Source: Synechococcales cyanobacterium
GTDB lineage: Bacteria > Cyanobacteriota > Cyanobacteriia > Cyanobacteriales > Chamaesiphonaceae
Assembly: GCA_043755495.1 (NCBI GenBank)
Contig: JAYUSV010000358.1
Span: 1-43,902 of the forward strand
Length of the DNA: 43,902 bases
Direction of reading: 5' to 3'
Of this stretch, positions 27,437 through 37,140 are shown one piece after another. Both the position numbers and the translations under genes were made by a program. Under the pieces are notes generated by a model. It was not told the origin of the DNA. It was given only the letters and a program-made list of their open reading frames with translations, and did not search any database. Positions within the stretch are counted from its first letter, which is position 1; each line of letters opens with the position of its first letter.

Positions 27437-27988
27437 ATGCTGTCTCGTCGCAATTTTTTTTCGGCTGTCTTAGCCGTTCTCATTAGTTTTTTGAGCTGGT
27501 CGAACTTTGTGCCAGCAGCCTACGCTTTGGGTGGGAAGCTGCCAACTCTGAATGCTCCGGCTCCGGGTTTTTCGCTACCAACTAATACAGGTGATGGTAC
27601 AGTATCGCTGCAAGACTATCAGGGCAAGTGGGTGGTGCTGTACTTTTATCCCAAAGATTTTACTTCGGGCTGTACTCTAGAAGCGCGTCGCTTTCAGCAA
27701 GATATGGGCGAGTATGCAACCAGAAATGCTCAGATTATTGGGGTAAGCGCCGACTCAGTAGATTCTCATGCCAAGTTTTGCGATTCTGAGGGCTTAAAGT
27801 TTCCGCTGTTGGCCGATGATGGCGGTAAGGTGAGTAAGTCTTATGGTTCTTGGCTAGGTATTTTTTCGATGCGTCATACTTTTATTATTTCACCAGACGG
27901 TGAGCTGAAAGCTACTTTTACTGGTGTAAATCCATCGATACATAGTAAGGAAGTATTGTCTAAGCTGGATGAGTTGAAGTCAGCGTAA
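27437..27988 (+). CDS. prxQ: Peroxiredoxin Q/BCP family thiol peroxidase with an N-terminal twin-arginine (Tat) signal
   Basis: 183 aa. The active-site context YFYPKDFTSGCTLEA has the peroxidatic Cys. The N-terminus MLSRRNFFSAVLAVLISFL...AAYALG fits the S-R-R-x-F-F Tat consensus plus an AxA cleavage site. Confidence 0.85.
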   Translation: MLSRRNFFSAVLAVLISFLSWSNFVPAAYALGGKLPTLNAPAPGFSLPTNTGDGTVSLQDYQGKWVVLYFYPKDFTSGCTLEARRFQQDMGEYATRNAQIIGVSADSVDSHAKFCDSEGLKFPLLADDGGKVSKSYGSWLGIFSMRHTFIISPDGELKATFTGVNPSIHSKEVLSKLDELKSA

Positions 27989-28025
27989 CATTCCTGTTCG
28001 CCAGCCAGTAAAAGCTTTTGAAGAC

Positions 28026-28619
28026 TTATAATTCATTGATAAATTCGATAACTGCATCATATTGATCATGATAGTTAATGTATTTTGACAATACGCCTAA
28101 GTTTAATTCGGGTAGAAAATGACTTCGATCGAGCAACCGATAACCAGTAATTTCCAAATAGTAAATATCCAGAACTCCATCCTGCCACAGCCAGACCTCT
28201 GGCACCCCCAAACGCTGATAGAGTTGCAACAAACTAATGCTGCCGCTTGTAATAATCACTTCCACCACTAAATCTGGAATTGGCTTTTTTACCTCAAAAT
28301 TATAGGATTCATCAGGTTCTTTCTGTCCCCCCAAAGATTTGTGGCCTAAAGTTGCGCTACCTCGCCGATAGAAACGTACACCAATTTTTCTCATGTACGC
28401 TTCGAGCAACAGACCGATCGTACTTTTGTAATCTTCATGGTCTGGACTAGGAGTCATAATCTCTAAAACACCATCAAAATAAATAAATCTGACTCCACCA
28501 ATTCCAACAAAAGCCGCCTCTACTAACTCAAATTGCTCCCAAGTAACACCGGACAAACTAAGCTGCGAGTTTTGGGCGATCGCTTTGCTTGCGCCATAAG
28601 CGCTCGAAGATAGCATCAT
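28026..28619 (-). CDS. Uma2-family (DUF820) putative endonuclease
   Basis: 197 aa. WEQFELVE...RFIYFDGVLEIMTPSPDHEDYKSTIG...PDLVVEVIITSGS matches the typical Uma2 pattern (E..G.l..MsP...H and PDl.vEv.S), a family that is abundant in cyanobacteria. Confidence 0.75.
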   Translation of the reverse strand: MMLSSSAYGASKAIAQNSQLSLSGVTWEQFELVEAAFVGIGGVRFIYFDGVLEIMTPSPDHEDYKSTIGLLLEAYMRKIGVRFYRRGSATLGHKSLGGQKEPDESYNFEVKKPIPDLVVEVIITSGSISLLQLYQRLGVPEVWLWQDGVLDIYYLEITGYRLLDRSHFLPELNLGVLSKYINYHDQYDAVIEFINEL

Positions 28620-28901
28620 AAAAAATCCTCTTATCGGCTAAGCAGACCCTGATATTTTATCAGTCTTTACTCAGAACCTGTATCACCAGTTTTTCAAGGT
28701 TTTATGCCCCACCAAAATACATTAAGAGCCAGTATCATACATAATAACGATATGTTATACGTTAATTCATAGAGTTTTGTCTATGAAGAAAGGGATTTTC
28801 ATTGCCATAACCTTTTGATTATGCGGAAAATCCTACGAATGACCCAGCAAATTTGCATCAATTAATCCACCAACGGCTGACCTTGTAACAGAAACACATC
28901 T

Positions 28902-31694
28902 ATGACTAGTCTCTCGAAACCACCTGCTAACTCCACCGCTTGGCATACTTTAGATGTCGATCGCACTATCGCTCAGCTAGAAACTAGCATTGACCAAGGA
29001 CTCAGCAGTAGCACCGTCCAGAGTCGCCTAATTCAGTATGGCAAAAATGAGCTAGTAGCCACCGCCGGACGCAGTCGCTGGCAGATTTTGCTAGACCAGT
29101 TTACCAACATCATGCTGATCATGCTGATGTTTGTGGCTTTTGTCTCGGGGGCAATGGATGTGTGGGGCATGATGTCTGGAGATGTTAAAGGTGTTCCTTT
29201 TAAAGACACGATCGCCATTTTGTCGGTGGTAATTCTCAACGGCATCATGGGCTACTTCCAAGAAAGCAAAGCCGAAGAAGCCTTGGCTGCCCTCAAAGAA
29301 ATGGCTTCTCCTCAGGTCAAAGTACGCCGTGATGGTCGCATCTCAGAAATAGATGGCAAAGAACTAGTCCCTGGCGACATTATTTTAGTAGAAGCTGGCG
29401 TAAAAATGGCTGCTGATGCCCGCTTGCTCTCTGCCGCCAACCTGCAAGTGCGAGAAGCTGCCCTTACCGGCGAAGCCACGGCATCTAATAAAGATCCTCG
29501 CCCCACCTTAGCCGCTGATATTGATTTAGGAGATCGAGTAAACAGCTTATATCAGGGCACCGAAGTATTGATGGGGCGGGGCGAAGCCGTAGTTACCAAA
29601 ACCGGCATGGATACAGAGCTAGGGCGTATTGCCGCTCAAATTCAGTCAGTAGTCAGCGAACCCACGCCCCTGCAAAAGCGCATCAGTCAGCTTGGCGATG
29701 TCTTGGTTAAAGGCTCTTTGGCACTAGTAGCAGTCGTAGTCATCGGCGGCATGATTCCCAGCTTAATCGCCCAAAAATTCGACATCAAACTATTCCGCGA
29801 GCTGGTTGAAGTATCTCTCAGTATGGCGGTAGCAGTAGTTCCCGAAAGTATGCCAGCGGTAATTACTATTACTCTCGCTCTCGGCACCCAGCGGATGGTT
29901 AAGCGCAATGCCCTGATTCGTAAACTGCCTGCGGTCGAAACTTTGGGCAGTGTAACTACAATTTGCTCCGATAAAACCGGTACCCTGACTCAAAACAAAA
30001 TGGTGGTGCAGCGAGTAGCTACCCTCCAACAAAACCTAACTATCACCGGTGAAGGCTATGAACCAAATGGTAAGTTTCAAGTAGATGGCCAAGAAATTGA
30101 TCGATCATTATATCCCGATCTCACCCGGTTACTCTGGGGCTGCGTCTTGTGTAACGATGCCATTTTAGAATGGCGCGACGAGCAGTGGCAGATTGTGGGC
30201 GACCCTACCGAAGGTGCAATGGTAGTGTTAGCAGAGAAAGGTGGAGTCGATCGAGCGGCCAGTATTAAGGCTTTACCTCGGGTAGCTGAATTTCCTTTTG
30301 ACAGCGATCGCAAGCGAATGAGCGTAGTCTGTGCTCAAGCCAACGGCTATATCACTTTCGTCAAAGGCTCTCCAGAATCGATCTTAGAACGCTGTGTTGG
30401 TGTGGTCTTTGGTCCTGAACCCCAAGTAATGACTGGCAATCATCGGGAGCAAATTATTCAACAAAATAATGACTTAGCCAGCAAAGGTTTGCGGGTCTTG
30501 GGCTTGGCCTACCGCGAAGGAGCCGAAATTCTTGCTAGCGAAGATGCTGCTGAAAGCGATTTGTTGTGGCTAGGGTTAGTGGGTATGTTAGATGCGCCGC
30601 GCCCAGAGGTAAGAGATGCCGTGAAAAAATGCCAGACTGCTGGAATTCGCACGGTAATGATTACTGGCGATCATCAATTGACCGCTCAGGCGATCGCCGA
30701 AGATTTGGGAATGACTCCTGTCGGTGGCAAGGCCATCTCTGGCCGCGAACTAGAGGCTATGAGTGAGCTAGATCTTTTAGAGGTGGTCGAAAAAACCAAT
30801 GTTTATGCCCGTGTTAGTCCTGAACACAAACTGCGCATTGTGCAAGCTTTACGCAAGCGTGGTCAATTGGTAGCGATGACCGGCGATGGAGTTAACGATG
30901 CCCCGGCTCTCAAACAAGCCGATATCGGGATAGCCATGGGGATCACCGGTACCGATGTCAGTAAAGAAGCCAGCGACATGATCTTGCTAGACGACAACTT
31001 TGCTTCGATCGTCGCGGCCACCGAAGAAGGACGAGTGGTGTACACCAACATTCGCCGCTTTATTAAGTACATTTTGGGCAGCAACATCGGCGAAATTCTC
31101 ACGATCGCCGCCGCTCCGCTACTGGGATTAGGTGGTGTGCCCCTCTCGCCGCTGCAAATTTTGTGGATGAACCTAGTAACTGATGGTTTACCAGCCTTGG
31201 CGCTAGCTGTGGAGCCACCCGAACCCAATGTGATGCAGCGTGCTCCGTTTGACCCCAAAGAAAGCATTTTTGCCCGAGGTCTGGGAGCCTACATGGTCAG
31301 AATTGGGGTGGTTTTCGCTATCCTCAGCATCATTATGATGAAAATTGCCTTCGACTATACCCATGGCAGCACCTATACCAAGTCTCCTGATACTTGGAAA
31401 ACCATGGTGTTTACGATGCTCTGTTTGGCACAAATGGGACATGCCTTGGCCATTCGATCAAATAGTCAACTGCTCATTGAAATTAATCCGTTTACTAACC
31501 CCTACTTGCTCTGGGCAGTAACGATCACTACCCTGCTCCAAATTTCTTTGATCTATTTCCCCCCATTCCAAAGCTTCTTTAACACCCATCCGCTGGACTG
31601 GTTAGAAATGGGCATCTGTATTGGCTTTAGCTTACTAATGCTGGTCTGGATTGAAGGTGAGAAATTGGTTGGTCGATCGCGGTCACAAAACTAA
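28902..31694 (+). CDS. Cation-transporting P-type ATPase, P2 subfamily (PacL-like Ca2+-ATPase)
   Basis: 930 aa. Motifs: LTGEA (actuator TGE), [13 protein letters not shown] (phosphorylation site), [30 protein letters not shown]4 VPESMPAV (compare PEGLPAV). The N-terminus WHTL...[19 protein letters not shown] is typical of P2A/P2B pumps. Ion specificity is inferred. Confidence 0.88.
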   Translation: MTSLSKPPANSTAWHTLDVDRTIAQLETSIDQGLSSSTVQSRLIQYGKNELVATAGRSRWQILLDQFTNIMLIMLMFVAFVSGAMDVWGMMSGDVKGVPFKDTIAILSVVILNGIMGYFQESKAEEALAALKEMASPQVKVRRDGRISEIDGKELVPGDIILVEAGVKMAADARLLSAANLQVREAALTGEATASNKDPRPTLAADIDLGDRVNSLYQGTEVLMGRGEAVVTKTGMDTELGRIAAQIQSVVSEPTPLQKRISQLGDVLVKGSLALVAVVVIGGMIPSLIAQKFDIKLFRELVEVSLSMAVAVVPESMPAVITITLALGTQRMVKRNALIRKLPAVETLGSVTTICSDKTGTLTQNKMVVQRVATLQQNLTITGEGYEPNGKFQVDGQEIDRSLYPDLTRLLWGCVLCNDAILEWRDEQWQIVGDPTEGAMVVLAEKGGVDRAASIKALPRVAEFPFDSDRKRMSVVCAQANGYITFVKGSPESILERCVGVVFGPEPQVMTGNHREQIIQQNNDLASKGLRVLGLAYREGAEILASEDAAESDLLWLGLVGMLDAPRPEVRDAVKKCQTAGIRTVMITGDHQLTAQAIAEDLGMTPVGGKAISGRELEAMSELDLLEVVEKTNVYARVSPEHKLRIVQALRKRGQLVAMTGDGVNDAPALKQADIGIAMGITGTDVSKEASDMILLDDNFASIVAATEEGRVVYTNIRRFIKYILGSNIGEILTIAAAPLLGLGGVPLSPLQILWMNLVTDGLPALALAVEPPEPNVMQRAPFDPKESIFARGLGAYMVRIGVVFAILSIIMMKIAFDYTHGSTYTKSPDTWKTMVFTMLCLAQMGHALAIRSNSQLLIEINPFTNPYLLWAVTITTLLQISLIYFPPFQSFFNTHPLDWLEMGICIGFSLLMLVWIEGEKLVGRSRSQN

Positions 31695-31935
31695 TTGGCA
31701 GAGACATTGCGAGACAAAGCTATTTTGCTCTCAGTAGCAGCGATTTGCCTTGGGCAACACTTCGTGGATGATGGCAAGTATTCTTAACAGTCTGTAATCT
31801 TTGAGAGCCTTACTCCGATTACGTTACGAACTTTTAACTTATGTACCAATTTAGCTATCATCTGACAATCCCTGATGTAAACTGAGCTTTGATTATGAGT
31901 TTCTAGGTGCCTAGACTCACATATTGGGAGTTTAA

Positions 31936-32187
<252 letters not shown>

Positions 32188-32222
32188 GTTTTATCTTTAA
32201 AGCAATCCCTTATTTAAGCCAT

Positions 32223-32255
32223 CCCGGCGACAGCCTCTGTCGATCGGGATTTCTT
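32223..32255 (+). terminator. Probable intrinsic terminator/attenuating hairpin after psaC
   Basis: CCCG-g-CGACAG-cct-CTGTCG-at-CGGG followed by ATTTCTT: 6-bp inner and 4-bp outer stems, starting 36 nt after the psaC stop. Confidence 0.45.
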
Positions 32256-32315
32256 GCGACTTAAAATCGCTAGAAATGTTACGATACCTAGGAATATCTC
32301 GGAGAGTTGCCCCAG

Positions 32316-32894
32316 ATGCTGAATTTTTTGAAGCAGGTCGTAGACTACGGTAAAGAAGCCGTACAGTCCGCCAAATATATCGGTCAAGGCATGGCCGTCA
32401 CCTTCGACCACATGCAACGTCGCCCGATTACTGTTCAATATCCATACGAAAAACTGATTCCATCTGAGCGTTTCCGAGGCCGGATTCACTTTGAGTTTGA
32501 TAAGTGTATCGCCTGCGAAGTTTGCGTGCGGGTCTGCCCCATTAATTTGCCAGTGGTAGATTACAAGTTCGACAAGGCCAGCAAGAAGAAAAAGCTAGAC
32601 AGTTACAGCATCGACTTTGGAGTCTGTATTTTCTGTGGTAACTGCGTAGAATACTGCCCCACCAACTGTCTATCGATGACCGAAGAGTATGAACTGGCGA
32701 CTTTCGATCGACATGAACTAAATTACGACAGTGTAGCCTTGGGTCGCTTGCCTTATAAAGTAACCAACGATCCGATGGTTACTCCTTTACGTGGCTTGGC
32801 TTACTTGCCCAAGGGCGTAATGGATCCTCACGATCTACCCGCCGACGTACAACGCGCCGGTAAAACTCCCGCCGAAATCAATGCTGAGAAGTAG
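32316..32894 (+). CDS. ndhI: NAD(P)H-quinone oxidoreductase (NDH-1) subunit I
   Basis: The tracked ORF opens with TTG at 32307. ATG at 32316 ([25 protein letters not shown]), 10 nt after GGAGAG, is the conventional NdhI N-terminus. Two 4Fe-4S motifs: [12 protein letters not shown] and [12 protein letters not shown]. Confidence 0.95.
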   Translation: MLNFLKQVVDYGKEAVQSAKYIGQGMAVTFDHMQRRPITVQYPYEKLIPSERFRGRIHFEFDKCIACEVCVRVCPINLPVVDYKFDKASKKKKLDSYSIDFGVCIFCGNCVEYCPTNCLSMTEEYELATFDRHELNYDSVALGRLPYKVTNDPMVTPLRGLAYLPKGVMDPHDLPADVQRAGKTPAEINAEK

Positions 32895-32900
32895 AAAAAC

Positions 32901-33488
32901 ATGAATATTGCTCAAGGTGTCCAGTTTGTCTCCTTTATAATTTTGTCTGCTCTGATGCTGGGTTCGGCTCTAGGAGTGGTGTTACTAGGGAATATTGTCT
33001 ATTCAGCCTTCTTGTTAGGCGGCGTATTTATCAGCATGTCTGGAATTTATATTCTGCTGAATGCTGATTTTGTCTCGGCAGCCCAGGTGCTGATTTATGT
33101 TGGTGCGGTGAATGTACTGATTTTGTTTGCAATCATGTTGGTGAACAAGCGGGAAGACTTTGTTCCGGCTAAAAATTCTTGGATTGGTAAAGTGCTGACC
33201 GGTGGAGTCTGTGCTGGCTTGTTTACTTTGTTATCGACAGTAGCAGTGGTGACACCTTGGCAGCCACCGACCGAAGTAGCCACTGGTGAGGGATCCTTGG
33301 TGCCTTTGGCCAAACACTTTTTCACCGACTTCTTGTTACCTTTTGAGTTGGCTTCAGTCTTACTGTTGATGGCCATGATTGGGGCGATCGTTTTGGCTCG
33401 TCGGGAGTTTATCCCCGATACCAATGAGATGACCGAAAAATCGGCTCTCACGCTGCCGGAACGTCCTAGAGAGCTGGCTGGCAAATAG
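32901..33488 (+). CDS. ndhG: NDH-1 subunit 6 (NdhG)
   Basis: 195 aa with 5 TM segments. AAQVLIYVGAVNVLILFAIMLV is a typical Nad6/NuoJ core. It sits between ndhI and ndhE, as in the conserved ndhA-I-G-E operon. Confidence 0.9.
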   Translation: MNIAQGVQFVSFIILSALMLGSALGVVLLGNIVYSAFLLGGVFISMSGIYILLNADFVSAAQVLIYVGAVNVLILFAIMLVNKREDFVPAKNSWIGKVLTGGVCAGLFTLLSTVAVVTPWQPPTEVATGEGSLVPLAKHFFTDFLLPFELASVLLLMAMIGAIVLARREFIPDTNEMTEKSALTLPERPRELAGK

Positions 33489-33506
33489 TTTTGAGATTCT
33501 AATAAT

Positions 33507-33821
33507 ATGATGCAATTACAACTTCCCTATTTTTTGATTTTAGCTGCGGCTTTATTTTGTATCGGCATTTATGGCTTGGTTTCTAGCCGGAATGCTGTCA
33601 GGGTTTTGATGTCGATCGAGCTAATGCTGAACGCCGTAAACCTCAACCTCATGGGTTTCTCTAATTATTTAGATCCGGTGGGCATTAAGGGCCAGGTCTT
33701 TGCGGTGTTTGTAATTTCGATCGCGGCAGCAGAAGCGGCTGTGGGTCTGGCGATCGTTTTGGCAATTTATCGGAACCGCGATACTGTGGATATGGAGAAA
33801 TTCAATTTGTTGAAATGGTAG
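33507..33821 (+). CDS. ndhE: NDH-1 subunit 4L (NdhE)
   Basis: 104 aa with 3 TM segments. [12 protein letters not shown] and [18 protein letters not shown] are NuoK/NdhE hallmarks. Confidence 0.93.
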   Translation: MMQLQLPYFLILAAALFCIGIYGLVSSRNAVRVLMSIELMLNAVNLNLMGFSNYLDPVGIKGQVFAVFVISIAAAEAAVGLAIVLAIYRNRDTVDMEKFNLLKW

Positions 33822-33891
33822 GTTCGGCTTCGCTTACCGACCATTTCGGCGGCTCTCACCTAGCCAATTTGATTTGCTGGCATTATTCTTT

Positions 33892-34005
33892 CTAGTAGTC
33901 TGAGGCTTAAATAGCACCGCCCTCAAATAAACGATTTCTCTGAGAAGTCAAGGGCTTTGGCAACGTGAAGGCAAAAGTGGATGAACTTAAGCCTTGGTCT
34001 ACTAG
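33892..34005 (+). repeat. 19-nt terminal inverted repeat enclosing 76 nt (structured RNA or MITE-like element) in the ndhE 3' region
   Basis: CTAGTAGTCTGAGGCTTAA (33892-33910) pairs with TTAAGCCTTGGTCTACTAG (33987-34005): 16 Watson-Crick pairs, 2 G-U pairs and 1 mismatch. The G-U pairs exist only in a plus-strand transcript. Confidence 0.4.
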
Positions 34006-34206
34006 TGACCACCATGACAGAAAAATTGACTTCTTGAATCCGAGCAAGGGTGAAAGCAAAGTAACCGATGAAGGAGCTTATTGGTGCCCGATAAACTTTG
34101 CTGAAAGAGTCTAGCTATCGGCTTTGTCATAGCTGACTCTCTCATACGTATTAAGTAAAATTATTTGTAATTTACAGTATAATCGAGGGAAATTACAGGG
34201 AACATC

Positions 34207-34761
34207 ATGAAAGCTCACAAAATTCTTATTACTACCACGTTATTAACCAGTCTTTTGTTCTATGCGTCACCATTTGAAACCAAGAGTCAGGTATCCAGCA
34301 CAATTGCTTTATTTGCTGCCAGAGAATGCAAAAATACAACACCGACTGGTTCAGTGAAGCCTCAGAAAGGGGTTTTCAAAGGTAAGACGATTAACTATCA
34401 AGATGACCGGGGTAAGCACACGTGTTTTCATGACAAAACTCAAAGTCAGCTAGAAGCCCTAATCAAGAATCCCGGTCAAAAAAAGAATGAGCAAGACTTT
34501 TCAGTAGCTTTCAAAAACAAAGACGGCAGTTCGTTTGGTAGTCAGCTGAATAAGGAGATGGTAAGCAACTATGCAGGTTCTTTGACTGAGGCTCTGGAAA
34601 ATGGTGTATACGACGCTCAGAAGAAGAAGGTTTTTCACACGTTTGAATACAAAGTGGGAGCTGACAACTCGTCTGGCAAGTTTACTCAAAAGATTAGGGT
34701 CGATAGCCTAAGTGTCAATGAAGATGTCTCTTATGGAGTTCACATGTTTCCAGTTGAGTAA
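34207..34761 (+). CDS. Small secreted protein, full-length copy of duplicated cassette (T1)
   Basis: 184 aa. Signal peptide MKAHKILITTTLLTSLLFYASPFETKSQ. The C-terminal about 105 aa (KTQSQLE...FGSQLN...KIRVDS...GVHMFPVE) is paralogous to ORF 35902/35968-36246. No family recognised. Confidence 0.7.
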   Translation: MKAHKILITTTLLTSLLFYASPFETKSQVSSTIALFAARECKNTTPTGSVKPQKGVFKGKTINYQDDRGKHTCFHDKTQSQLEALIKNPGQKKNEQDFSVAFKNKDGSSFGSQLNKEMVSNYAGSLTEALENGVYDAQKKKVFHTFEYKVGADNSSGKFTQKIRVDSLSVNEDVSYGVHMFPVE

Positions 34762-35194
34762 TAGACACCTTAATTCGAGAAACAAGTGGGCATCAATTTC
34801 ACAATTTGGTATGTAGGCCTGGGTGAATTTCACTTGCCACAGAGGAAATTTACCAGCCTTGACTTCCCACTGGTGCTGCTAGTCGATCTGATTTTTATTT
34901 TCAGTAAAGCGACATGTACCCTCTTAGTGGTGAAGAAAACTTTTAAGCACCCTGCTAGACAAGAGTTTAGGTAATTTTTGAGGCCCGAAAGAGGTACCTT
35001 TGAGCGATCTTTTCCAACTTCCAGTGACCTGAAACCCAATGTTTTCATTGAGAAAATCCGTGAGTTCTTATGGCCTGAAGCTTTTCTGAGAAAACGATGC
35101 ACGAGTTTTCTGCCCCACTAGTGTGTACCCCACAGACTTCTCCCTAAAAACAAAATTTTTAGTCTAATTTCAAACCACTTACTTGTAAATCAAT

Positions 35195-35872
35195 ATGGAC
35201 AGTAAAAATTTAGAAACTCTACTAGTAAAAATTTCTCATAGTAATGAAGAGAATGCTCGTACTACAGCTTTCTGTATAATTACTAATGCACAAAATCCCA
35301 AATTCCTACAGAAAGCCTTGGAGTCTCTAGCACAATTAGCACCAGAAAATTACAATCGTAGGATTTTGGATACTGCAGTTGATGGACTCACAGACACAGT
35401 AACAGAATCTTTACCCGTGCTCATCAATTATGCACTCAGTTACCCTAACACGCCAGTGGGAAAAGATTGTATATATGTCCTAGGTGAAATTTCCTACAAA
35501 CAATGCTCACGCAAATTGTCAGACTATCCAGATGTTCGCATTCTTCCGGCCTTGCTTGATGTTTTGAATGGATCGACTGAAATCAGTCCTGACACCTTTG
35601 ATGCTTGCCTAGGTGCCATAGGACAGCATCAATACTATGGTGATATGCAAGCTGCCAAGCCCACCCTAGAAAAAGCCCTGGATTCTTTACGTACTAGTTC
35701 TTCAGAGCCACCTTATATATACGAAACCATATCTTATTTGATTGAATTATTAGCGCTAATTAATAGTTCAACTAAAATTACAATGCTACAAGATCAGCTT
35801 GGCCGATGTTTGCCAGAAAGCTGGTTAGCACGAAACATCCAAGCTGAAATAGCCACTACTAGCAACGGCTAG
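35195..35872 (+). CDS. All-alpha HEAT/ARM-like repeat protein, cassette partner I1
   Basis: 225 aa with no signal peptide. VLGEISYKQ...DVRILPALLDVL resembles PBS-lyase-type HEAT repeats. Paralogous to 36252-36926 (shared LGEISYKQ and D(V/I)RILPAL). Confidence 0.7.
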   Translation: MDSKNLETLLVKISHSNEENARTTAFCIITNAQNPKFLQKALESLAQLAPENYNRRILDTAVDGLTDTVTESLPVLINYALSYPNTPVGKDCIYVLGEISYKQCSRKLSDYPDVRILPALLDVLNGSTEISPDTFDACLGAIGQHQYYGDMQAAKPTLEKALDSLRTSSSEPPYIYETISYLIELLALINSSTKITMLQDQLGRCLPESWLARNIQAEIATTSNG

Positions 35873-35967
35873 TAGTACGCCAGAAGGTTCTGTCGCAGTG
35901 ACTCCAAGGATATACACAGGCTCAGCTTGAGCAAGCAGCTAAGAGTCCTGATCCTAAAAAGAAGCAA

Positions 35968-36246
35968 GTGCAACTTTTAGCGGATGCCATTAAAGCACAA
36001 GATACAGCTAACTATGGCAGCCAGCTTAACTCTGTAGCAATTGGCAAATATGCAGAACTAGTGAAAGATGCTGTTGAAAAAGGAATACCCAAACCACGAA
36101 GATCAGATATGTATTTCCATGAGGCAAGTTTTTTTATTGGTATTGATGTTGCTACTGGCAAAGGAACCAAAAGGTATAGAGTTGACAGTGTCCCAAATGG
36201 AGCACACGTTGTTCCTGTTGAATATACAGATAAAGATTTAAAATAA
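35968..36246 (+). CDS. 5'-truncated paralogue of the small secreted protein (T2', orphan C-terminal module; possibly a pseudogene)
   Basis: The tracked start is GTG at 35968, but similarity to T1 extends upstream to the in-frame stop at 35899 (YTQAQLEQAAKSPDPKKKQ versus KTQSQLEALIKNPGQKKNEQ). It has no signal peptide or N-terminal region. Conserved with T1: YGSQLN, RYRVDS, GAHVVPVE. Confidence 0.5.
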   Translation: MQLLADAIKAQDTANYGSQLNSVAIGKYAELVKDAVEKGIPKPRRSDMYFHEASFFIGIDVATGKGTKRYRVDSVPNGAHVVPVEYTDKDLK

Positions 36247-36251
36247 CATTT

Positions 36252-36926
36252 ATGAATACTGAAAAACAGAGATTTATTGCTAAAATAGCATCATCTACAA
36301 ATACGATAGACAGAACAGAAATTGTAGATAAAGTATCAAGATCTGGAGATAGCGAACTAATTACGGCAATGCTCGATGCTTTTAATGAATTGGATGCTGG
36401 AGAGAAGGGAAATGCTCTAGCAGTATCCACTGTTGGGTTGTTTGAGACATTACCAAATAGTTTAGATTCATTGCTTTATTGCTTACAGTCGTCTACACAG
36501 GTGCAAACTGTAGCAAGCGCAGCCAACCTACTGGGCGAAATATCTTACAAGCAAGGTGAACACAGAGATATTCGAATTCTTCCTGCCTTAATTCAAGGAC
36601 TTGAAAGAACCATGCCGGTGGGAATGGAATCATCTGGTAGCTATGTTTATAGTATCCGCGAATGTGCTAGGTCTGGAGCAGTTCGAGAGGCAGAATCAGC
36701 CATTCTGTCGTTTTTGGCGGCTGCTAAACAGCCGCACTACTATTTTAGCTGCTTTTATTTAACTATGGCGCTGGAGATATTAGCGATTAATGCTAAAAAT
36801 GATAGTAATAATTTTGCAAGTGAACTACCAAATCAATTAGCAAAATTAATACCCACAAGTTATGCTTATCAAGAGCTATCTGAGTGGTTAGATGAGCAAG
36901 AAAAAAAAATTGCTGATACAGCTTAA
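36252..36926 (+). CDS. All-alpha HEAT/ARM-like repeat protein, cassette partner I2
   Basis: 224 aa. It starts 5 nt after the stop of T2'. LLGEISYKQGEHRDIRILPALIQGL. Paralogue of I1. Confidence 0.7.
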   Translation: MNTEKQRFIAKIASSTNTIDRTEIVDKVSRSGDSELITAMLDAFNELDAGEKGNALAVSTVGLFETLPNSLDSLLYCLQSSTQVQTVASAANLLGEISYKQGEHRDIRILPALIQGLERTMPVGMESSGSYVYSIRECARSGAVREAESAILSFLAAAKQPHYYFSCFYLTMALEILAINAKNDSNNFASELPNQLAKLIPTSYAYQELSEWLDEQEKKIADTA

Positions 36927-37140
36927 TTTTTGATGCTGACCATCTCAGATGCCTGGTGTTGCCTCTACTGCTAGAGCAGAATAGAAATAAATGCCAACTG
37001 GTGCAACTGCATGAAAACGCCAGTCCATAACCCGGAAATTGAACTTGGAATTGTTTAGCTGCGGTTTCTCCGCACAAAAATTGCGATCAATACCAATAGA
37101 TCAATATCCTCGATTGATCAATCACCAACAAAAAAACAAC

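Noticed and set aside
24633-28619. The PD-(D/E)xK protein (24633-25229) and Uma2 nuclease (28026-28619) as parts of a defence island or restriction system
   Set aside because: Both are solitary, separated by housekeeping genes (DUF456, xthA, prxQ), with no methyltransferase, ATPase, helicase or specificity subunit nearby. Both families are common stand-alone genes in cyanobacteria.
29033-31442. Seven 64-134 aa ORFs inside the P-type ATPase gene, and the analogous ORFs inside dctM (38264-39529), dctP (37122-37367, 38035-38229), ndhG (33095-33484), NRPS (637-1718), DUF456 (25412-25654) and DUF3493-like (42960-43175)
   Set aside because: These are alternative-frame or antisense artefacts within genes that have clear family signatures.
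34786-35102. ORFs 34786-34974 (plus strand) and 34830-35102 (minus strand) as real genes between T1 and I1
   Set aside because: They overlap each other on opposite strands and are lysine/arginine/leucine-rich with no motifs. One starts with a non-ATG codon. I treat them as spacer sequence (see the finding on the 433-nt gap).
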